Below are positions 10,917-23,999 of a DNA stretch of 64,000 nt, in pieces; position 1 is the first letter of the stretch, and the number at the start of each line of letters is the position of its first letter. The stretch spans positions 61,654,146 to 61,718,145 of the forward strand of contig NC_052157.1 in assembly GCF_902713615.1 (NCBI RefSeq), given 5' to 3'. The translations under genes were made by a program, and so were the position numbers. The notes under the pieces are model-generated. The model made no database searches. It was not told the origin of the DNA and was given only the letters and a program-made list of their open reading frames with translations. This stretch comes from Scyliorhinus canicula (Eukaryota).

Positions 10917-13689
10917 ATGTTTTCATTGGGTTTTGGTGTACATAACAAATATAAATATAACAATGAGAATTTTGCAAGGGAACTCCGAGGCAGTACCCTT
11001 AAAGTTAAAATGATTTACATCGAGATTGGTTTTAGCTATTCACATGATTTTACAGTCTCCTCTTTCCGTTCCTTCATCCTTTCCTCGCGGCGTTTGCTGT
11101 GGCTGTTGTGGTCTCCTGTGTTTCCCTGCCCATCGTTTTCCCCCTCTCTTTTCTACCCCCTGGTTCCCATTGTTTTTGCACCTGTCCTCCCCTCTGAACC
11201 TTTCTCTGGTTGGGTTTGCTTGTACTTTCCTATTTTCCCGATCCCTCCCCTTCCTCTCCCCTGCCCCTCCCTTCCTCCTTCTGTGTCATGATAACTCTCC
11301 CTTTGTCCTTGGCTACCTAGTTGTTGGCCACAAAGAGATCCTGGAACAACCGAGTGAATGGCTCCCAAGTTCTGTGGACGCCCTCTTCCGACCCAGTCGT
11401 CTGTACGTGTCGCTACGGTTCCCTTTGCCTAAAATGTCCACATCCAGCATTTCATCTGCCAGTGATTGTTGTGGCAGTCGTGGGTACGTCCTTGTTTCTT
11501 TGCACTGAAAGTTTTTAAGCTGCAGGTACCTGAATTAGTTACCACCAGTTAGGTGGAATCTTTCTGTCAGCTCATCCAGCGTTGTTATTCTACCGTCAGT
11601 TTGCAGATCCCTAACTGTCAGCATCCCCCCATCCTGCCTCCACCTTTCGAAGGGGGCATCTGTGAGCACTGCCAGGACCCTGTGGTTGTTGAAGATGGGG
11701 GCCTTATCGGACATTTTGGTTACGCCAAAATGTTGTCGCAGTTGATTCTACGACTGGAGTGTTGCCACCATCTCTGGGCTGGTTGATTGCTTCTTGGGTG
11801 GAGATGGGAGTTCCACCGTGGCTGGGACCTGGAGGAAGTTCCTCCTCCATGAGCACCCACTCAACTTCCGGCTCCTTTATCCACCCCTTTATTCTTTCTG
11901 CTGTCGCTGCCCAGAGATCGTATCTTAGGTTTGGGAGGACTAGTTCCCCATGGATTTTAATCTCAGTAGAGCCTTCTTTGGCATCCTTGCATTCTTCCTC
12001 CCCCCCACCACCCCTGGCTTGCCTCCACACGAACACCATAATTAGTTTGTCCTGTGAGTTGACAAAAGCCTTGGGGATTTTGATCGGGATGGATCTAATG
12101 GATCTAAATAGGAAAAGGTAGATTGGCAGCACATTCATTTTTATCATCTGCACCCTCCCCGCTTGGGAGAATGGGAGTGTGTTTCATCTCTGCAGGCCCT
12201 TTTTAACTTTCTCTGTCAGACTGGTCAGGTTCTATTTGTGAACCCCTGTCCAGTCATGAGCGAATTGAATCCCCAGGTAGCAGAATTTATGCCAGGTCCG
12301 TTTGAATGGCAATCCCACCAGCTCTGCCCCTCCTCTTGCAGGCTTACTGGGAAGATCTCGCTTTTGCTCATGTTGAGCTTGTCACCCAAGAAGACTCCAA
12401 ATTTGTTCAAGAGCGCAATGATTCCTTCCATGCTGCTTTGAGGGTCTGTTATGTAATAATCTTTATTGTCACAAGTAGACTTACATTAACACTGCAATGA
12501 AGTTACTGTGAAAAGCCCCTAGTCGCCACATTCCGGCGCCTGTAGAGGAGCAGGCCATCTACACAGAGCAAGACTCTCTGCTCTCTGCCTCTCTTCAGAT
12601 CACCTTCCAATTATTTGCCATGTTAAGGAATGGGTTAAGAGACATTCCAATTAAATGTCTCATTTATGTTAAGTATCCAATAATTGACACTGATATGGAA
12701 GAAGCTTCAGGTGGCCTTTGAGGCATGTGATGTTATGATAGAGTTTTTTGTACAGAGTTGTGTTGAAGGAAAATAAACGTGTTTGTGAGAAGGAGCAGAA
12801 CTTTTGACTCTTTATACAACAGCAGCTAAACGGCTAACTGTGGTAGCAGAGGACAGTTGCTGTGCAAACGTGAAGGGTTAAAAGATACTACTTTTCCAGC
12901 CCCAACCAAGGGGTGAGTGAAAAAAAAGTACATATGATAAAGATGGCTGGATATGACTATCCCCCCTTATTTTCTGAAAGGGGATCGTACGACCAATGGA
13001 GAAGTGCAGTTGTTATGTGGACTAAGGTAACTGCATTGGGAAAGAGGAAAAAAGGTATGGCATTGGCTCTTTCTCTATCTTATGAGAGTAAATTCCGAAG
13101 CAAAGTGTTTTCTGAGCTGGAATTGGAAGAGTTAGACTTAGAAGAATAATGAGGTATAATGAGTGCACATACACACTGTGATACATTTAATTCTGTTCAA
13201 CTTTTTATAATATGTTTTCAAATGAGGCATGTCTGGTTAAGCTGTTTTAATCTGAGCCTGGTCTCATGACTATATTTCTAAATTTATTACGTTATATGGA
13301 TAAAATTTATCAAAAGAGTGACTTGTTAAGTGAGTATGAAGCCTGGTCAGATTTTGACAGATCCCGGAAAACAGAGGATGTCTCCAATGAAGACTATATA
13401 ATGGAATGTAGCAGACTATATAAAAGGCTGCAAAAATACAGCCTGGAATTTCCACAGTCTGTGTTGGCATTTAAATTACTGGACTGTGCGAGAGTGAGTA
13501 ACATGAATAGGCTCCTGGTTTTGAGAGGAGTTCAGTTTGCGGATAAGGAGACCTTATTCGATCATATGACAGATGCATTAAAAAACTTTTCTGGGGAAAC
13601 ATTCCAGTCGTATGGCTCTGATGACCCAAATAGGACAGTCAACAATAAAACAGACTATGGGAGATACACTACTTTTTTTCTTTTTTTCC

Positions 13690-13910
13690 ATAAATTTAGA
13701 GTACCCAATTCATTTCTTTCCAATTAAGGGGCAATTTAGCGTGTTCAATCCACCTACCTCGCACATCTTTGGGTTGTGGGGATGAAACCCACGCAAACAC
13801 GGGGAGAATGTGCAAACTCCACATGGACAGTGATCCAGAGCTGGGATCGAACCTGGAGCCTCGGAGCCGTCAGGCAACAGGGCTAACCCACTGCGCCACC
13901 GTGCTGCCCG
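13690..13910 (-). mobile_element. HE1-like SINE nested in the Copia element
   Basis: Same consensus as the copy at 2790-3005. Confidence 0.85.
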
Positions 13911-15647
13911 GACGATACACTTCTGACAAGATGGCGAAATGGGACGGCTACAAACAGGTTGCAAGAGTATGGAAGGAGATCGGGACCCGGAAAGTATGAG
14001 GACAGAAACCCATTTAGAGCCTCTAATAGGAGGAGGGACGTGTAAAATGGAAATAGCAAGATGAACCCCAGAAATGTAGGTATGATAAATCAATGTTTTC
14101 GTTGTGACTCTCAATACCATTAGGCTTTCAACTGTCCAACACATTATAATAGAGTGTTTGAAGTGACACATGACATGGAAGAGTCAGAAGAGGAAAAAGA
14201 TAGTGACCAGAAAGAAGGAATTGTCCTAATAACATGCAGTTTTACTCCGGTAATTAGGGTGTTGGTTGCATAATCCTTCAACTGTGCTGTATTGTACAGT
14301 GGCTGAACATCTACTGTGTGTGGGATTGACTGGTTAAAATGTTACCTGAACTCTTTGAATGCTGAAAATCGTAACAAGGTTAAGGAATTTGAAAGTTCTA
14401 TAAGTCTCAGGTTTGGGGATGATAATACTCTGAAGTCGCTGAAAAGAATGGAGATCCCTTGCAATATTGCCGGAGTGAATCATTTCGTTAGCACGAATGT
14501 TGTATCAAGTGAGCTACCTTTGCTTCTGAGCAGACCGTCGATGAAGAAAACACACATGAAATTGGATATGGACCAGGATAAGGCAACAGTTTTTGGAAAG
14601 ACGGTGGACTTACAATTTACACAGTGGGGACACTGTTGTATTCTATTACTGACAAATAATATTTCAGGTGCAGTTGTTAAGGATGTGTTAATGGCAGTTG
14701 GAAATGGAACTTTAGTTGATAAAAAGCTTGTATTAAAACTGCATAGACAATTTGCACATCCGTCTCCTCGGAGACTGAAAAATGTATTAAAGGATGCAGG
14801 GGTAAGGGATGAAGACAATACTAAGCTGATAGAACAGGTTAGTGATCGCTGTGAAGTTTGTGGGAAGTAGAGAAGGACACCATCACGACCGATAGTAACC
14901 TTACCTTTGGCCAGGTATTTTAACAACATTGTGGCCATGGACCTTAAGGTCTGGGATAAAGCTAACAATATATTTATTTTGTAGATTTAGCAACCAGATT
15001 TAGTCAATCAACTATTGAACGAAGTAAAGAAAAGAGAATAATTCTGGATCAAATCGTGGAAAAATGGATAGGGACAGGAATGGACCCTCTGGTAAAATTC
15101 CTTCCAGACAATGGGGGAGAATTTGCTTATGATGAATTTAGGGATATGTGTGAAAACTTGAATATCACAGTTCTGAATACGGCTGTGGAAAGCCCATTTG
15201 GTAATGATGTGTGTGAATGAAACCATGCTGTAATAGATGACATGCTCCAGAAAATTTTGGGAGATAGACCAAACTGAAAGTTAAATTCAGCTTCAGCATC
15301 GGCGGTACATGCAAAGAGTTCATTGCAGATGGTTGGGCGCTATAGTCCCTGTCAATTAGTGTTTGGTAGAAATCCTAAAATTCCGTCCATTTTGGATGAA
15401 CTGCCTCCAGCTTGGGAAGGGACTACGATTAGCTGTGCTTTTGCTGAGCATTTAAATGCATTACATAGCAGTAGAAATGCTGTTTTGGAAACAGAAGTCT
15501 CTGATAGAATTCACAGAGCTTTATGGCATTATGTACGGCCGTCAAATACCGTTTTTCAGCAAGGAGACATATGAGAGACAATTTTAATGAATGGAAAGGC
15601 CCAGGGAAGATCACAGGCATAGATAGCAAAACAATTATTTAGCAACA

Positions 15648-16000
15648 TGGGCAGCATGGTAGCATTGTGGATAGCACAATCGCTTCACAGCTCCAGGGTC
15701 CCAGGTTCGATTCCGGTTTGGGTCACTGTCTGTGCGGAGTCTGCACGTCCTCCCCGTGTGTGCGTGGGTTTCCTCCGGGTACTCAGGTTTCCTCCCACAG
15801 TCCAAAGATATGCAGGTTAGGTGGATTGGCCATGCTAAATTGCCCTTAGTGTCCAAAATTGCCCTTAGTGTTGGGTGGGGTTACAGGGTTATGGGGATAG
15901 GGTGGAGGTGTGGGCTTGGGTAGGGTGCTCTTTCCAAGAGCCAGTGCAGACTCGATGGGCCAAATGGCCTCCTTCTGCACTGTAAATTCTATGCAAATCT
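15648..16000 (+). mobile_element. HE1-like SINE (long form with CR1-type tail)
   Basis: GGGCAGCATGGTAGC..GGTTCGATTCC (B-box)..GGCCTCCTTCTGCACTGTAAATTCTATG. Confidence 0.85.
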
Positions 16001-16166
16001 ATGTAAACATGGCAATCAAACTGTGAGGGTACATTCATCAAGGATAATGGGTCCAGATTACAAATTTTCAAATTTAGACAGAGGCATGACGAGGAACCGG
16101 ACTCATCTTGTACGCATGTATTACAGAACCATGAGGACCAGGTTAATTGATATAGACAGGGGGCGG

Positions 16167-16635
16167 GAATCTCTGACCCTGAGGCGTAAGTGTTGACGCC
16201 ATCGTAAACGCAGTCGCATTTCCTGACGTTATCAACATGGCCTCAGGATCAGCGATCTGACCCCTGCAGGGAGCCAGCATGGCACTGGAGTGACCCACGC
16301 CGCTCCAGCTGCCGATTGCGACGTCAGATGTGCGCCGCGGGTCTGCGTATGCGCAGAGGTTCCCTTCTCCGCACCGGCTCCGACGCAACATGGCGTAGGG
16401 CTACAGGGGCTGGCACAGAACAAAGGAGGCCCCCAGCCCGAGAGGCTGGACCGCCGACCCGTAGGCCCCGATCATGGGCCAGGCCACAGAGGAGCCCCCC
16501 CCGGGGTCGGAACCCCCTACCCCGCCAACGGATACATTCACACCGAGGTCACACCAGGTAAGACCAGGTTAGAACGGCGTCGGCAGGACTCGGGTTTTTT
16601 GTACGGTCGCTCGCCCATCCCGTGCCGAGAATCAC
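16167..16635. mobile_element. Harbinger-derived non-autonomous element (MITE)
   Basis: GGGGCGGGAATCTC start and GC-rich body, resembling the other GGG..GGAATTCTCC-ended copies in the window. Confidence 0.55.
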
Positions 16636-16799
16636 CGGGGGGGGGGGGGGGGGGGGGGGTGCGTAGAGCAATTGACAATAAATCCCTGTGGGAAAATGTG
16701 CACTCTCCAAAAAGTGTCAATGAGAAAAGGTTAAGGATAGACATCGCAAGTTTGAAGCAGATGTTGGACAAAGGGGAGATAGCAAAAAATTAAATGAAA

Positions 16800-16986
16800 T
16801 AAAATGAAATGAAATGAAAATTGCTTATTGTCACAAGTAGGCTTCAAATGAAGTTACTGTGAAAACCCCTAGTCGCCACATTCCGGTGCCTGTTCGGGGA
16901 GGCTGTTACGGGAATTGAACCATGCTGCTGACCTGCCTTGGTCTGCTTTCAAAGCCAGCGATTTAGCCCTGTGCTAAACAGCCCCT
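16800..16986 (-). mobile_element. Second tRNA-derived SINE family
   Basis: Minus strand GGGGCTGTTTAGCACAGGGCTAAATCGCTGG..GGTTCAATTCCCG..; the same family occurs at 27965-28136. Confidence 0.75.
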
Positions 16987-19900
16987 AGCTGGGTCGACAG
17001 TAGCTATCAATTGTCCGACTGTTTTACGAAAAGAGGGGCTAGTTCACAGAAACTTTTGGATATTATTAATGAAGGGCGTCTGTTTCTATGACTTTTTTTT
17101 TCCTTCCAAACACTGGAAAAAAAAGGAAGGGGGGAAATTGCGTGTGTTTTTGAGTTTCTTGTGATTTTGTTTTCACCAAATTATTTGTTTTCTCCAAGGA
17201 AGGGGAGATGTTAAGGAATGGGTTAAGAGACATTCCAATTAAATATCTCATTTATGTTATAATTATCCAATAATTGACACTGATATGTAAAGAGCTTCAG
17301 GTGGCCTTTGAGGCATGTGATGTGATGATAAAGTTTTTGTACAGAGTTGTGTTAAAGGAAAATAAAGGTGTTTGTGAGAAGGAGCAGAACTTTTGACTCT
17401 TTATACAACAGCAGCTAAACGGCTAACATGCCACTCTGAATGCAATCGCTAATGGCTCTATCACAAATGCAAACAGCAGCAGGGATAGCAGGTATCCCTG
17501 TCTCGTGCCCTTGTGCAGCTGGAGATACTTTGAGCTGGTGGTGTTTGTCCGAATGCTCGCCATGGGGGCGTTATACAGGAGTTTTACTCAGGCGATGAAT
17601 CCTGTTCCGAGCCCGAACCGCTTCATCTCGAAGGGCTTTTCTGCTTCCTGGGAGACGATCACCTCAGGTTTTCTCTCCCCGGATGGGGTCATGATCCCGT
17701 TCAGCAGGTGCCTGATGTTTGATGTGAGCTGCCTACCTTTGACAAAGCCTATTTGGTCTTCTGCGACCACCCCTGGTACGTAGTCCTCCAGCCATTTGGC
17801 TAGGATCTTGGCCAGTATTTTTGCGTCAACATTCAGTCGTGAGATGGGTCTGTAGGAACCGCACTCTGTTGGGTCTTTGTGCTTTTTCGGTATCAGCGAG
17901 ATTGAGGCTTGTGCCAACGTGGGCATTAGTGTGCCCCTCGCCAGTGAATCTGTGAACATCTCCCACAGGTGTGGGGCCGGTGTTGTCACAAATCATTTGT
18001 AGAAGTCCGCCGGGAAACCGTCCGGACCCGGCGCCTTCCCTGACTGCATGCAGCTAATGATCTGGATGACCTCTCCCAGTTCTAGCGATGCTTCCAAACC
18101 GCATTTCTATCCTATCCACAATTGGCAAGTCCAGTCCATCAGGGATCTGCTTCATTCCCAAGTCCCGTGCTGGGGACTCCGAGGTGTATAGCCCCTGGAA
18201 GAAGGTCTCAAAGGCTTTGTTGACCTTGTCTGGGTCCGTTACTAGTGTGCCTCCGCTATCCCTAATTTGTGCAATCTCCCTTGCGGCTGCCTGTTTTCTC
18301 AGCTGGTGAGCCAGCAGACAGCTGGCTCTGTCTCTGTAGGGTCCCCTGTGCCCGGCGGAGTTGGTGTACCGCTCTCCTCGTGGAGAGCAGGTGAAAGTCC
18401 ATCTGTAGTTTTTTTTCTTTCCGCCAGGAGCTCTACGGTCAGAGCCTCGGAGTATCGCCAGTCCACCTCCGGTATGGAGTCAACTCGCTGTCACCTGGCC
18501 ACCCTCTCTTTCCTGTCTCTTCTTGCTTTAAAAGCGATAATTTATCCCCTGATCAAAGCCTTCAGCGCCTCCAAGAACGTGAAGGGTGAGACCTCCCCGT
18601 TCTGGTTGTTCTTTATATATTCATTTGTGGCCTGTGATATTTTCTCACAAAAAGCTTTGTCAGCCAGTAAGCCCATGTCCAACCTCCATGTGAGGTGTTG
18701 GGCACGGCCTGTCTCCAATCTCACATCCATGGAATGTGGAGTCTGCTCTGAGATTACGACTGTGTAGTAGTCTGCCCTAACCAGCCCTGGAAGCACCGAT
18801 TTCCCCACCATAAAGAAGTCGATCCTTGAGTAAACGTTATGCACTTGGGAGAAGAAGGAGAACTCTTTCTCCTCTGGGTGGGTGAATCGCCATGGGTCCA
18901 CTGCCCCTAGCTGCTCCGTAAAAAGGCCAAGTTCCTTAGCCATGCTGGAGGTCTTTCCCATTTTGGGGTTCGACCTGTCCGTCTGTGGGTCCTGTATGCA
19001 GTTAAAATCTCACCATGATCAGTCGGTGCATGTCTATGTCGGGGATTTCTGTCATGGTCTTCTTTATAAACTCCGTGTCGTCCCAGTTGGGAGAATTAAT
19101 GAGGACTACCGGTGCCCCGTCTAGGATACCGATGACCATGACGTACCGTCCCCCTGGGTCCGTTACCGCCTTTGCCACTGTGCACATCGTCCACTTATTA
19201 ATTAGAGTGGTTACCCAACTGGCCCTCGTTCCGTAGCAGGAATGGTAGATCTGTCCCACCCTGCCCTTCCTTACCCGGTCGGTCCTTCTCCCTCAGGTGT
19301 TTCACTTGGAGGAAGACTATGTCGGCTCTCATATTCCTCAGGTAAGTGAAGACTCTGGATGTTTTCACTGGGCAGTTAAGTCCCCTGACATTCCAGGTGA
19401 ATATCCTGATGGGGATTTTTTGTCCTTCCGCTCCTGTGGGATTACCCAGATTCATTCAGTGGATGTGCCCCTGCACTCCAGGCTTTCCCTTTGTTAGGGG
19501 ACCATCCAAAATGGCCGTGGTCACTGTTCTCCCCATGTGGTCGGGCCCCTCCACTCCGGTGTCTCCTTTTGCCCAGGGACCCTTCTAAGTGGTTGCTTAG
19601 CCCACGTGTGGCCTGCTGCAGCCAGTCTGCCATTTTTGATCTGTCCTTTCCCCTTGCTGGGGGCACACCGCAGCCATTGTCCTTCACACGAGTCCTGGTG
19701 CTAGCTGTCTCGGTAGTGAGGTGGCTCCCCTCCCAGGAGTTACTGTGGTTGCCTCCCTCGCCCGTTGTCTGAAATTTTGCTCACTCTGTCCCCTCTCTTA
19801 CACTGTACTTGTACGGACGTCACTCACCTTTCCCTTTTTCGCTACCTTCGTTTTTCAGAACGAGGCCCGGTTCTCCCACGTAAAGCGGTCTCGTTGGTGC

Positions 19901-21129
19901 TGGTTTGATGTTGGTTACAGGTTGTAGAGGTTCTTTTCTCTCCCCCCAATCTGCTGTCAGCACATTGCCGAGTTACCATCTAGCTCTGTTGGTTCCTCAT
20001 CGTTTCCCCTGTTGCTGCTTTTCCAGCCCGCACTATACGACAAACTTATCCACCTCAGCGGGGACTGTAAAAAGTGTTCTTTGCCTTTGTATGTGACCCA
20101 GAGCTTGGCTGGGTACAGCATACCAAATCTTACATCACTCTTGTACAGCATGGCCTTTGCCTTGTTGAATTTAGCCCAGCGCTTGATCAGGTCATCCCCA
20201 ATATCCTGGTATATCCGGATCCGGATCTGATGTCCTTCCCAGCTGCAGATTTTAGACCGTCTGACCCAGCACAGGATTCTCTCCCAGACTTAGCACCGGT
20301 GCATTTTCTCTATAATCGCCCTTGGCTGGTCCCCGGCTTTGGGCTTTTAGTTTGTGTGCCCTGTATATTTCTGGTGGGTTGGGAAAGGTGTCCCTTCCCA
20401 CCAAGTTGCCAGCATTTGGGCCACATACTCTGTAGGGTCCCTACCTTCGATCACCTCTGTAGGCCCACGATTTGTAGGTTTGCCATCTCGACCGGTTCTC
20501 TTGGTCCTCGACCTTTCCTGTTGGGCTGTCCTGTGTTGCGATCAGCCTCGCCACCTCTTTTTGTAGGGCGACGATTCAGCCGCTCTGGTCCGTTGCGGCC
20601 CTTTCCAGTTCTGTGATCGTCACCTCCTGGGCCTCAAATCTCTTTACTGCTTCATCCAAGGCGAGCTGCATGTGCACCAGGGCTTTGGCTCCCGCGTCCT
20701 TCCCCGCTGCCTGGATGTCCGATTTTGTCTCGTCCCTGTGCTCCTTTAGTGCTCTCGAGAGGAACGCCGTCCAGCCATTCCCCACCCTCGGTGAGGGAGG
20801 GCTTCGTGCGCGACTGGTCAGGCCCTCTCGTTCCGGTGAAGTTTGGGTTTCGCTGCCTCGTGCGCTGATCAGTTTGTCCGTTCGCATCTGCTCCAGGCTC
20901 GTCTGACTCCTGGTCCCTGCTCGGCCCCTGGATTGAGTTTTGCCCGACATCCGTTCTTTTTTCTTTTGTCCCCTGTTGTCCTGTTCAAGCCGAGGGGATA
21001 AATTGCTCGGTTTTTAGGCATTTTTCCAGGTTCACGGGGGGAGAGTCTCCTGATGTGCAAATTCTCAGCATATGGTCATCATCGGAAGTCTTGAAGCAAA
21101 TTTCTGTTTATTCACTGCAGGATGTTGGA

Positions 21130-23020
21130 TAAGATGTCCGATAATTAAAACAGTGGAGGAGTCAAGAGAGGTTGGGGGGGGGGGTAGAACTGGGTGTCGT
21201 TCAGTGTACATGTGAAAACTAACACTGTTCAGATGATGTTGCAAAGCCATTACAAGTAATTCTCTATCTAGGATTAGACAGCAATGGAACCAGGTTAGAG
21301 CAGCCCCACCCAGCTGGACAACATTGTACAGAACCATTGGAGGGGTAGGTGTGGTTAATCATGTCAAAGGCTGCAGAAAGGTCAAGAAGGGCAGGTTTCT
21401 CTTCCTCACAGTCACATAAGGTGCCATTAGTGACTTTCTTTTTATAAATCTGGAGTACCCAATTCATTTTTTTCAATTAAGGGGCAATTTAGTGTGGCCA
21501 ATCCACCTACTCGGCACATCTTTGGGTTGTGGGCTGAGACCCACGCAAACACTGGGAGCATGTGCAAACTTCACATGGACAGTGGCCCAGAGCCGGGATC
21601 GAACCTGGGACTTCAAAGAACAAAGAACAAAGAAAAGTACAGCACAGGAACAGGCCCTTCAGCCCTCCAAGCCCGTGCCGACCATGCTGCCCGACTAAAC
21701 TACAATCTTCTACACTTCCTGAGTCCATATCCCTCTATTCCCATCCTATTGCCATAGAATTTACAGTGCAGAAGGAGGCCATTCGGCCCATCGAGTCTGC
21801 ACCGGCTATTCATGTATTTGTCAAGATGCCGCTGAAATGTCACGATCGTCCCTGCTTCCACCACCTCCTCCGGCAGCGAGTTCCAGGCACCCACTACCCT
21901 CTGTGTAAAAAACCTGCCTCGTACATCTACTCTAGACCTTTCCCCTCGCACCTTACACCTATGCCCCCTAGTAATTGACCCCTCTACCCTGGGAAAAAGC
22001 CTCTGTCTATCCACTCTGTCTATGCCCCTCATAATTTTGTAGACCTCTATCAGGTCGCCCCTCAACCTCCGTCGTTCCAGTGAGAACAAAACAAATTTAT
22101 TCAACCGCTCCTCATAGCTAATGCCCTCCATGCCAGGCAACATCCTGGTAAATCTCTTCTGCACCCTCTCTAAACCCTCCACATCCTTCCGGCAGTGTGG
22201 CGACCAGAATTGAACACTATACTCCAAGTGTGGCCTAACTAAGGTTCTATACTGCCTTGGCACCGTGAGGCAGCAATGCTATCCACTGTGCCACCGTGCT
22301 GCCCCGTCATTAGTGACTTTAATAAGAGCTGTTTCAGTACTGTCACCGTGGCAGAAACCGGATTGGAAGGGATCAAATATGGAGTTCCTGGAGAGATGTG
22401 AACGGATTCGGAAGATGAAAACATGTTCAAGGATTTTGGAGAGGAAAGAGAGGTTGGAGATGGAATGGGAGTTTATAAGGACAGTGGGGTCAAGGGTTGT
22501 TTCTTTGAGGAGAGAGTTGTTTGAGGCAGATTTGAAGGAGAGAGGGATGACACATGAAAAGCGAGAACTGTTAACAATATCACTTGATATGAGGATCAGG
22601 AGGGGAAGTTGTGTGGTCAGCAACTTACTGGGAATAGAGTCAAGGGAAGAGGAGATGGCTCTGATGGAAAAGATGTGTTCACAAAGGACATGAGGGAAGA
22701 CAGGTGAGAAACTGGAAAAAGATGTGAGTTCAGGGATAGGGCGGGGGGCATCAGTGGCGGTTGTCATAGTGGATTATTGGAAGGGAGGGTCAAGACAGAG
22801 GCAGCTGATTCGATTGTCTCAATCTTCGTGACACAGAATCCAGCGTTTTCTTTGAGAGGATGTTTTCCCTGTAGACATCAGGAGGATCCTGAACCCAGAG
22901 GAGAGAAAGCAAGATGAGTTAAGATGGAGGTTGAAACCTCCGAGGATAGGAATGTATTCAATGCAGACAGAGTGAGGAAGGCAGTGAAGATATCTTGGTG
23001 AGAAATAGAAAATCATTAAA
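21130..23020 (-). mobile_element. L2 LINE RT fragment interrupted by a SINE/CR1 stack
   Basis: ISNLSFLSKILE..DPFQSGF..STETALIKVTND and LLDLSAAFDMINH on either side of the insertion. Confidence 0.8.
21438..22307 (-). mobile_element. HE1-like SINE with 13-bp TSD (CATTAGTGACTTT), itself split by a CR1 3' fragment (~21612-22255)
   Basis: TSD at 21425-21437 and 22308-22320; ORF 21700..22263(-) LVRPHLEYSVQFWSPH is the CR1 RT C-terminus. Confidence 0.85.
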
Positions 23021-23128
23021 AACAGTGATGCTGGTTAATACGGCCATAAAACAAGCAAATCAAACACTAGGATGTATTATTTCCCATTGAGTGTGAATTG
23101 TTGAGGAATTATATAACACAGCACTTAC

Positions 23129-23491
23129 CAGAAACCTGAAGCCGGGTTCCAGGTTTGTAGTTGAATTTATTACCGTCATCAAATTCTATTCTGAAATAAT
23201 ATCTTCCTACATCTTGCCATCTGACGTTGTTTATAATCAGGGAACAGTTGTCATCATTCAGGTCTCCAGACAGCCGGGTCCGATGCTGGAACTGTGGTGA
23301 TATAATATTGTGATCCTTGGAATGAAAGGCTGTAGTCACTGTTCCACTCTTATCGTAATGCCAGATTCCAACACGCGGTCGGTTTGCCAAGTACATTGGG
23401 TAACTGTAATTACATGGAATCTGTACACAGGAACCTTTCTCCGCTGTCACCTCTTCTGGAGTGTTGGCTTTCGAATCTTGTGACAGTCCAA
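23129..23491 (-). CDS. Siglec/MAG/CD22-like V-set Ig domain exon (phase 1-1, 363 bp, intact)
   Basis: Acceptor ...ctctctgcag| and donor |gtaagt; VGLSQDSKANTPEEVTAEKGSCVQIPC...DLNDDNCSLIINNVRWQDVGRYYFRIEFDDGNKFNY shows the CxxxPC pattern and the YxFR arginine typical of Siglec V-set domains. Confidence 0.85.
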
Positions 23492-23999
23492 CTGCAGAGA
23501 GAAATATCAACATTTAACACTGCATAGTTTGTAGATACACTCGACTCAACATCTACCCCTTCCGTCATTGATGCACATGACTGCAGTGTGGACAATCTAC
23601 AGGACACCAAAGGAACTCCCCAAGATTTTACAATGGATGGAAGATAATCCTGGATACAGGAGTGGACAAGTGTATCCTACATTGTCTCATGGTCCTCAGA
23701 CCCGGTTTAGTTAAGTCAGTCTTCCACCCTACTCAGTGTCTACAAGATGAAATCAGATACATGCAGACAAAACAATGGATTAGGAGCCCTCAGAACTCCC
23801 ACCATTATCACCAATCATGAATCACTCATTTGCCTCACCTTCCTGGATCCTCACTGTCTCAGACCGCAGTTCCTATTGTAATATGTGTTTGAGGGCTAGC
23901 AGCATGACATCATGAGAGTGGAAGTGTATCATGTGATCCAATCTCAGTTTCACTTTGGCCTGTGAGCAGAACATAGCACACACAGCTCTGTTACTGGGG

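Larger units (their letters stand above)
12621..17428 (+). mobile_element. Ty1/Copia (GalEa-like) LTR retrotransposon with both LTRs (12621-12839, 17209-17428), iMet PBS, PPT and TGCCA TSD; RT/RH missing
   Basis: Two ~220-bp LTRs; TGGTAGCAGAGGA at 12841; purine tract before 17209; TGCCA on both flanks; gag YDQWRSAVVMWTKVT, knuckle CFRCDSQYH..NC, protease VL.SG.TSTVCG, integrase LHRQFAHPS..CEVC, VAMDLK, DNGGEF directly after the protease. Confidence 0.8.
11050..21060 (-). mobile_element. Near full-length degenerate Tx1/L1-clade LINE (ORF1, APE, RT, 3' region), interrupted by a Copia element
   Basis: TWNVRGLN..DIVFLQ (APE), YRPISRLNVDAKILAK, GFVKGRQL (RT), LVLPNLRY..WA; the RT reading continues across the 12621-17428 insertion. 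Confidence 0.85.

Noticed and set aside
15648-15730. tRNA genes (A/B-box-like heads here and in other copies)
   Set aside because: They are SINE 5' heads followed by the conserved SINE body and tail, with no complete cloverleaf.
840-23100. Downstream C2-set or transmembrane exons of the Siglec-like gene
   Set aside because: The non-repeat gaps were searched by eye, and no Ig C2 motif with splice sites was found.
23492-23513. ATG of track ORF 23109..23513 as the real start
   Set aside because: It lies in the polypyrimidine tract of the intron; the splice signals define the exon as 23129-23491.
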